This document shows positions 56,185 through 64,000 of a DNA stretch of 64,000 nucleotides, piece by piece. Made by a program: the position numbers and the translations under genes. Under the pieces are notes generated by a model. That model had not been told where the DNA came from, did no database searches, and worked only from the letters and a program-made list of their open reading frames with translations. This stretch comes from Hydrurus foetidus. Taxonomy: Eukaryota. Every line of letters begins with the position of its first letter. Positions within the stretch are counted from its first letter, which is position 1. The DNA lies in NCBI GenBank assembly GCA_900617105.1, contig UYFQ01000396.1, positions 1 through 64,000 of the forward strand, in the 5' to 3' direction.

Positions 56185-56339
56185 TTGTCGAAGTCACAGC
56201 TAAACAGGAATATCACATTTTCATATCGCATTTTTATACTTGAAAATGACCACTGAGAACAATGTCAATCAATTTACAATCCAGTATAGTTCAAGAAAAT
56301 CCTCGAAACTGCTACAGTACTTTGTTGTGACCTCGACAA
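56185..56339 (+). mobile_element. 155-bp MITE, best-preserved copy of the GTCACAAC-TIR family, flanked by TA
   Basis: TA|TTGTCGAAGTCACAGC ... GTTGTGACCTCGACAA|TA (14/16 TIR match). Confidence 0.8.
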
Positions 56340-56979
56340 TAAATACATGATTTGACACATATAAAGCAGTGTTCCCCATATCATGGAGCTTGAGCAGTTC
56401 ATCAACAGTCGTTGAGTTTCGGTACAACAACACAAATCGGTATTCCAACCCGCTCACCAAAATGAAAAACTTGCAACGAACGGAGATGAGACGGTGAGAC
56501 GGTATACGGTACCCTCAGTACGTACTTTCTGTCTACCTACCGTACGTTCAGTCTAACGTACAGTCCACAATCCACAATAATTGCTTGGTCCATAACACCT
56601 CGATAAATTTCTGCCTATCACAAAATACGGAAACGGTCACTTCACATTTCCCACTGAAGTCTTCCAGTATTCTTCAATCCAATGCTATCGCAGTTCGCTA
56701 GATACATCGAGATATCATCGCACGCTCTCTTTTGAGCTGTACATCAAGCCAACTTCTTGTCGAGCTGGTTAGTTTTAGTAGAGCTGTTTTGTCTACAAGT
56801 CATCTGATTCCTTCAGAAATCATAACGGATTTCTTTCTCAACGTCCTCGAAATCATGTTTATTGCAAGCCATGACATACAGAAGTAATCTCAGCTAGCGG
56901 AGACTAGTCGAATCTTTTCTTAAACTATAATAAAAGCTTATTTTCTTCGCTCCGCTAGCTGGCATTCTTTGTACCAACA

Positions 56980-58446
56980 ATGGTTAACGAATTACAGTTT
57001 ATTCCACCAAAATTGGACGAGGAGATAGCAAATGCGATGGCCATCGCCATTGCGATGAGTAGTCCCATCACTTACTGCGACTTTCGCGATGCAGAGACAA
57101 TAATGCATGATTTGAGGAGTGTAGTGTATGGCTCTGTTCGTCGCGATGGCAAAAGTAATCGTTTAAAACAGGCCTTCGCAATCCCAAATTTAGTACATAT
57201 ACAGCTCGGACTTTCGCTGCATTGCCTACGAGTATACGTCTCAAGAACTTATTCTGTTCTCTTTCTTCAGTCCAGAAAGAAAAGCGACTTCTTCCATTAT
57301 TTACATAGGCAATATAATGCTTACAAAATGAAAATTTTGGGTGATGATACCACTGTAGGTAACGAATTAATAGAACCAATTAGAAATAACATTCGAAATT
57401 TCTTAGCTGAAGAAAGAAAGATCATAGCATTACAAAAAAATGGCAGTAATGTTAGTGAAACAACTACCACTGTACCCCTTCAACAGCTGGATATCTCAGT
57501 ACCTGCTACAGTAGGTGTACTTGATGCTGCTCTTCTCACTGATCCAGATGATACTTCAGTACTTCTTACTTTAGTAAAAAAGAAATTGGTGAAGAAAAGA
57601 AATCGCTCCTCAATTAGAGAAATGAAATTGTCTTATGAATTAAAAAAAATGAAGCAGAAAGAAAATTATCACAAAGAAACATACATTAGAAGACCAATCA
57701 ATAAAATAGTAGAAGAAATGATAGGAAACAAATTAGTTGATTTAGTCATGAAACAAAGCAAATACTATGATATTACTAATGGCAAATTGTGTCTATCGAT
57801 AAGGACAGGAATATTCATACAAGATTTAATTTCTAATTGCGGTTGCAGTCTAGAAAAATTGCCAATAATAATAGGAACAGTTCTAAGAATGCTATTTGGT
57901 AACATTGATGAAGTGAGCATGAAAAAAATTGTAAAGTGCACTAAGACATATACTACATCCTCTGAAAGGTCTGCATCTCTTGTAAGAGAACAGTCCAGCA
58001 GGACATTCATTATCCGGAATAATGAGAGCTCCGTCCTAAATGCGTATCTGATAATGGATGCAACAAATAAAGGAAACAAAAATTTAGTTGCTAAGTTATA
58101 TAATTATGTTCGTGGTGATGGAGTCGTGCGATTAGGAGCATTGAATTTGGATAATACAGGTACTAATTTCAATAGGACTACACATTAACAATGTAGTCAA
58201 AATACATATTTCTATGTAATACATTTAAATGACCAATATAAATACATTTCATGCAGTAACTAAAAAATCAAAGGGATCAGCAGCGCTCACAATAAGCAGT
58301 TTAACTAAAGAAGTGAGTGATGGAATAGTATTTATATTTGGTGGTGTGACAACGCATTTGGTGCAGCACAGGAGGAAATGTTGATGGTGCTAAAATACAT
58401 TGACAGAAAGGCATTAGAAATAAGTCAGAATAATCCTGAATATTTA
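56980..58446 (+). pseudogene. Probable DDE (hAT-like) transposase remnant, intron-containing, frameshifted and truncated
   Basis: The 402-aa ORF ends in YLIMDATNKGNKNLVAKL...LNLDNT. A GT-AG intron at 58160-58256 continues VTKKSKGSAALTISSL...IFGGV, then a shifted frame gives DNAFGAAQEEM. This resembles the first and second catalytic Asp contexts of hAT transposases. Confidence 0.55.
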
Positions 58447-58479
58447 GTGAGAAAAAGAAAGGTGGATTTGAACAGTAGA

Positions 58480-58755
58480 GGAGGAGTGAGGAGGTGAAAA
58501 GGAGTGAGTGTGTGAGTGAGGAGGAGTGTGAGGGAGTGAGGAGGAGGAGGAGGGAGTGGAGTGAGTGAGGAGAGTGGAGGAGTGGAGTGGAGTGAGTGAG
58601 GAAGGAGTGAGTGAGTGGAGGGAATGTGAGGGAGTGTGAATGGATGATGGAATGAGAATAGAGGTGATGTGCATAGAGACACAGAGAGAGGAGAAAGCGA
58701 GAGAGAGAGAGAGATTGTGTGTGAGCGAGCGAGCGAGCGAGCGAGAGAGAGAGAA
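58480..58755. repeat. GA/GAGT-rich low-complexity tract
   Basis: Seen directly; follows a possible donor site at 58447. Confidence 0.8.
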
Positions 58756-58818
58756 GATGGAATAGAGATAGTCAAAACAGGCACTCAACAAAATTCCAAG
58801 CTTTTTCACTGATTGTAC

Positions 58819-59111
58819 ATCCATGGCTGTTTCTCTGTGCTTAACGTCCCCAGCAATATATGGTTCTTGTGTTTAACACGGATTGCTGAGGACGGCAGAG
58901 GAGCCATTTATCTTAAGATGATAAATGGCTCCTCTACGAAATCCTCGGCTGTTTCACTGACAAACAGCGATCCTTGGCTGTTTCACTGACATACAGCAAT
59001 CCTTGGCTGTTTCACTGACAAACAGACAATCCATGGCTGCTTTAATTTCATTATTGGTGTCCCCAGCGATCTGTGGTGCTTGCGTTTAACACAGATCGCT
59101 GGGGACGGCAG
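58819..59111. repeat. Hairpin and tandem-repeat cassette
   Basis: Two ~82-bp direct repeats, each ending in a GC-rich hairpin, flank a perfect 16-bp-stem hairpin (58897-58935) and three 29-30-bp tandem units (58941-59028). Confidence 0.9.
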
Positions 59112-60153
59112 CGAAATTCCTGATGATAATTCGAGTTAGGAACATATATGAGCTAATCTGATTGAAAGCCATTGAGGAGAAGTCATCATGCAACATGAAA
59201 ATCAAAACTACAGGGAATCAAACACATTTCCCAGACTCCAGCACCAGAAAAAGTCACCCAATTCTTAGGGAAAAAATATGGCACTTGGATGTTCACAGAA
59301 AGATGAGCTCACCATCAATTGGAAAATTACCGGCGGATCCAGATGACCTACGATGTGCTCGCACTTTTTCCTGATTCTCGGGCAACAGAACGAGTGGCAA
59401 GAGGGTCAGCAAGGTTTTGAAAATCATCAACATAAGTTGCTGCAAAAACAAAATTCAGTTGTAGTCCAGAGCAACATTTGAGTATCGAACCTGGTAAAGT
59501 TGGCCTTCTGGAGAAGCCCAAGCTACTCAGAAGCTCCACCGCTAGAGAAATGGTGGAGCTCTGGTATCAGCTAGAATTGTGCGCAGAGACGAATATACTG
59601 GATGACAGTTGGGTACACTTCCAAACTTTGGGTACTTTTTCACGATTCTCAAATCCGTAACAGGAAGAATTTAAAATACTGACGTTTAGTGCCCTATCAT
59701 CATCAATAAATATTTGTGTTCAATTCCCTTCGGCCGAATCACTAATCTTTACATGGTCTACAATATGCGCTATTCAGAAGTCAATAATTCGATCATTGAA
59801 AATAGTTGTGGGTGAAAGACTGAAAAGGTGTTATGGACCAAGAATTGGTATACTACCATACGAAATTTTCCAAAAAATAAAACGGTTCTCATTTTGAAAC
59901 TCCGAACAACTGTTGCTTGCTGTGAAGGGTAAATAATGGTAAATGGGAAACATCGCTACAGTATACGTGACTTCTTCACAAACTTTGACATTAGAACCCG
60001 CTCAAATCGAGACAGTTACTGATTTGAAATAGAGCCATCTGGTAGATAGCGAAAGGCTGTAATTTCTCTCAGAGACAATTGTTGGGCCAGGTCGTTAATT
60101 GGGGTGGGGTAGCCATCGCTTTCTAGCTGTGGAGAACTCATTTGAAACTCCCG

Positions 60154-61353
60154 ATGTCCGACGATCACTCAGATTTAGATGAAGACAGGAAAATGTCATA
60201 CGATCAAATAGATATAGAGGAGGAGGACTTAGAGGATGTCGGATCGGCAGCAGAGGAAAGTGATGGGAGCAGTCACCTTACCGCCTCTGATGATGAAACG
60301 TCATGGATAACTTGGTTTGTCAGTTTGAGAGGAAATGATTTCTTCTGCGAAATTGATGAGGAATATATTGAAGACGATTTTAATTTAACTGGGTTGCAGT
60401 CGCTAGTTCCATATTTTTTGTTCGCACTGGATTTTATTTTGGATGTCGATATACCGCCAGGTGATGTAGACATAACTGACGATAGTAGCACGGGAAACTG
60501 AATGAGTCTATTTTATTTACCCTGCGACTGATGTCACCACCGAACTCATGGTTATTTTCCTTTCTCTTTTATTCGATTATCGTGAGCAGATAGTTTGACA
60601 GAAGATCAACAAGAGATTGTAGAGACAGCGGCGGAAGTTCTTTACGGGCTGATTCACGCTAGATACATACTAACAGGCCGAGGTATGCATAGAATGTACG
60701 ACAAATACCAGGATGCTGAGTTCGGCACGTGTCCTCGTGTGAGCTGTCAGGGACAGCACTGCCTGCCAGTGGGTATGTCGGACCAACAGAGAAGTTATCC
60801 AGTCAGCGTGTTCTGCCCCAGATGCCAAGAACTCTACTACCCCCGATCAACTAAACAAGCAGGCCTAGATGGTGCTTACTTTGGCACAACTTTTGCGCAT
60901 ATGTTCTTACTCACATATCCGGATCTTATACCAAGGACTGCAAATGATGCAACTCAAAACAGTGAAAAATACATTCCAAAAATATACGGGTTTCGGATAC
61001 ACCAAGAAAGTTCTTATTATAAATTGAGGTATTTTTTGTATGCGAAATCTTTCTCAAATGATTAGCTGTCATGTCACTGTATTGTGATGTAACTTCTTTG
61101 TGCTGTACTAGCATATTTGTTTTCATACTGAACTCATTGTTTTCACTTTTATCTTCATCTTTATTTTTATCTGTTCTTTTTTATTTCATTTTACAGGGAA
61201 CCTGAGATTTCGAAAGAAGGCGATTTACTAGAACCACCATCGGATAGAGACAGCCATGACAGTCTAGGGTTGGAGGAGGAGGGAGAAATGGTTGAAATGA
61301 GTAAAAATCACAAGAGAAGAGAGATAACTAATCATGCAGATAATCAAGCTTAG
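60154..61353 (+). CDS. CKB: Casein kinase II regulatory subunit beta
   Basis: Exons 60154-60460, 60590-61028, 61197-61353. [44 protein letters not shown], zinc finger CPRVSC...[27 protein letters not shown]. Confidence 0.97.
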
Positions 61354-62928
61354 TAAGCGTTGAGGTTATTCAAAATTCAATGCAGCAGCGTAGTGCAATG
61401 TAATGCAGTGCAGCGCAGTACTCAGTGACGCATTCATGCAAATGTGAAATAGAAGAGATATGAATCATGAACCTTAGATGTGCAACGTTCGTGGCTTGTT
61501 GGAGACATTCGAGATTAAATTGCAGGATGGAGCGATTTGATTTGATTTGATTTGATTCATGTCTGTCACTCTCTGTCTGTGTGTCTATTTGTCTCCCTGC
61601 ACCAATTCAGGATGCGGAGCGATGCAATAGATGAGCAGTAGATGTTTTATAATCAAATCAAATCATATTATATCAGATTAAATCAAAAAAGAAAGAATAA
61701 AAGAAAGAAAGAAAATAAGAAAGAAAGAAGGAATGAATGAATGAACAACAAGGAAGGACAAATATAATCTTCTAATTGGCAATCCTCAATACCCGACAAT
61801 CGGAGCCATTCACCTTCTTCTTCTCTTCTCTTCTTTTATTTTGTCTTAGCTGCCTTCACTTTTTGATGCTCAGATAAGATATATTGGGAGGGAGCCAACA
61901 CTACTCTTTCCAACTTCCTCTGACCTCTTGTGTTTGCTGTGACTGTCTTGTACGCAATGCGCAGCAATATCAAACAGGGCGACACTGTGCTGTGCTAAAC
62001 GACACTGCACCGCACCGCACTGCACTGCACTGCACTGCTTGGCGTTGTGAGGGCAACTGAAGACATCGTAGAGCAACGCTCACCTCACCACACCATATCG
62101 TACCACACTTCACTAAACTGTCGCAGTGCATCATCTTAAAATAGCGCAGTACACCACACCACACACAATGTCACAATCATCACATTATCCATTTCCCTAT
62201 TCATCATGCCTTGTCCTGCCAACTGACGTCCATGTACAGCTTATCGCTTCGACTTCATTTCATCTGTTCGCATCACATAGGCATTCTTCTTCATTTTATT
62301 CATCTTATTAGCAAACCTTCCGATAGCTAAATCATGGAAATCTATCATATAGATGTCCGCCACACCACCCTCTACCCTATTTTCAACGCTGTCTCCATTC
62401 TCACCCTATTCTCTGATCGCACCTCTTCCCCTTTCTCCGTGCGTCCAGTAAATTCATTTTATCACATTTTTCTTTTCTTTTCTCCTCTAGATCCATTGTA
62501 CTTAAGTTTACCAATTGTATAATAATCCCAATAATCTTTGAAAAGTTGCAATCCGAGAAAGCGTTATCTATCTCTTTTTATGGGTCATCCCAACACATAG
62601 CTTCACCTATTTATCAGTGTCCCAGTCTACTGTTTTCTACAGCGTATTTGGCGGAGTCAGAATATCAGATTCTCTTGGAGTTGTGATTTTTAAAATATTT
62701 ATTTAATAAAAAAAAATGGAAATAGCGAAGTAACAGTGACAAGCAGCTGCTTGCGCCTGGGGATCCTGGATCTCAGATTCCAGGCGGGACCGACACCGAC
62801 CCTTCGTTGCAGAGTGAAGTGAGACCACAGAGGAGAGAGGAGAAAACGATGCGACGGATGAGTAGACAAGATCGATCTAAACTTCTAGCGTACCACGGTC
62901 CACATTTCCCTACATTTGCGCGAAGATA

Positions 62929-63880
62929 ATGTCGCTGGAGATTACCAAAGTTGCAACCGTCGAGCTCATGCGTGAGCTTGAGAGACGCCTGAGATGTAGC
63001 GAGAAGAAAGAAACTCGGTAAGAGTTGAATGATCAGAATCAGTTTGCACGACTTTCATAGCGTTGCTAGCCTTTTAGAGAAGATATGGTTCATGCTTCTT
63101 TTATAATGAACCTTTTCTTACCGCAATTGCTAATGCACCACCAGCACCATTTTTTTCGGCCCTCCTGGTGCCGGCAAAGGAACCCAAGCGCCAAGAATCA
63201 AAGAGGAATACTGCCTTTGCGTAAGTCTGCAGGAAATAGAATGCAGTCATTCACGTGCTGATTTGGCTCCTCTTAATTGTGATAGGACCCTAAGCAATCG
63301 TCTTTATACCTATTTTCAGCACTTGTCCACAGGTGACATGTTGAGGGAAGCAGTCAAGAATGGTACGGAGATGGGACGCAAGGCAAAGTCCATCATGGAC
63401 GCTGGAAAGCTTGTCGGCGATGATGTCGTAGCCGGCATTGTTGCCGAGGCTATCAAGGGCCCCGAGTGCTCCAAGGGCTTTATCCTTGACGGTTTCCCAA
63501 GAACTGTCGAACAAGCGAAAATTCTTGACACCTTACTTTCTGAGCAAAATGTCGCAATTGGCAAAGTGGTCAACCTGCAGATTGACGATCAGCTGTTGAT
63601 AAAGAGAGTGACTGGTCGTTTGATTCATGCTGCGTCAGGACGCACGTACAACACGTTCTTCTCCCCTCCTAAGGTAGAGGGAATGGATGACGTCACAGGG
63701 GAGCCATTGATGAAGAGAGGTGACGACACAGAAGCAAAACTGCAAACTCGACTGGACGAGTTCCACAATAAAACAAAACCTGTTCTGGCGTTCTACGGTG
63801 CTAAGGTAGCTGACATCAACGCTGACGCAGACATGGAAGAGATCACAGCTAATATTCGCACTGCCCTGAACTCCGAATAA
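62929..63880 (+). CDS. ADK: Adenylate kinase (AK2/plant ADK type, with LID domain)
   Basis: Exons 62929-63017, 63145-63220, 63320-63880. GPPGAGKGTQA P-loop, HLSTGDMLR, GFILDGFPRT, GRLIHAASGRTY, DDVTGEPLMKRGDD. Confidence 0.97.
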
Positions 63881-64000
63881 ATAATAAAAAGTTATCATGG
63901 CATTTTGTAGCAAATAACCAGCCTATCATTTTAGATCCACTTTACTCCTTCTTATTTGTTATACTTAATTTGAGTGCCAGGAATTGTATGCCGGCAGCGA

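Noticed and set aside
58941..59028. 29-30-bp palindromic repeats resembling a CRISPR array
   Set aside because: The units are directly adjacent with no unique spacers, there are no cas genes, and the context is eukaryotic.
59162..59660. Short ORFs and a 9-bp-stem hairpin (~59532-59560) after the hairpin cassette
   Set aside because: No recognisable motifs and no consistent spliced frame found.

Overview
AT-rich, very intron-rich eukaryotic nuclear DNA, probably a protist (a stramenopile is my inference, not shown by the sequence). It uses the standard genetic code and mostly GT-AG introns. Eight spliced protein-coding genes can be rebuilt by hand. On the minus strand: a CDK9/CDK12-class kinase that runs off the left edge, NAA35/MAK10, and an RCC1-repeat + tandem-BTB protein with a C-terminal membrane anchor. 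On the plus strand: a Q/H/YGQ-rich low-complexity protein, a signal-peptide TPR + SAM methyltransferase, SPT5 (about 29 exons), CK2 beta and adenylate kinase. Between SPT5 and CK2 beta (55.2-59.7 kb) lies an accessory island. It holds a phased pentamer satellite, a MITE, an intron-containing frameshifted hAT-like transposase and a dense cassette of GC-rich hairpins and 29-bp repeats. Four small TIR/foldback element types are visible, one with at least five copies. Introns carry microsatellites with a strand and position bias. Most short ORFs in the supplied track are artefacts of these repeats. Exon boundaries were read by eye and may be off by a few bases.
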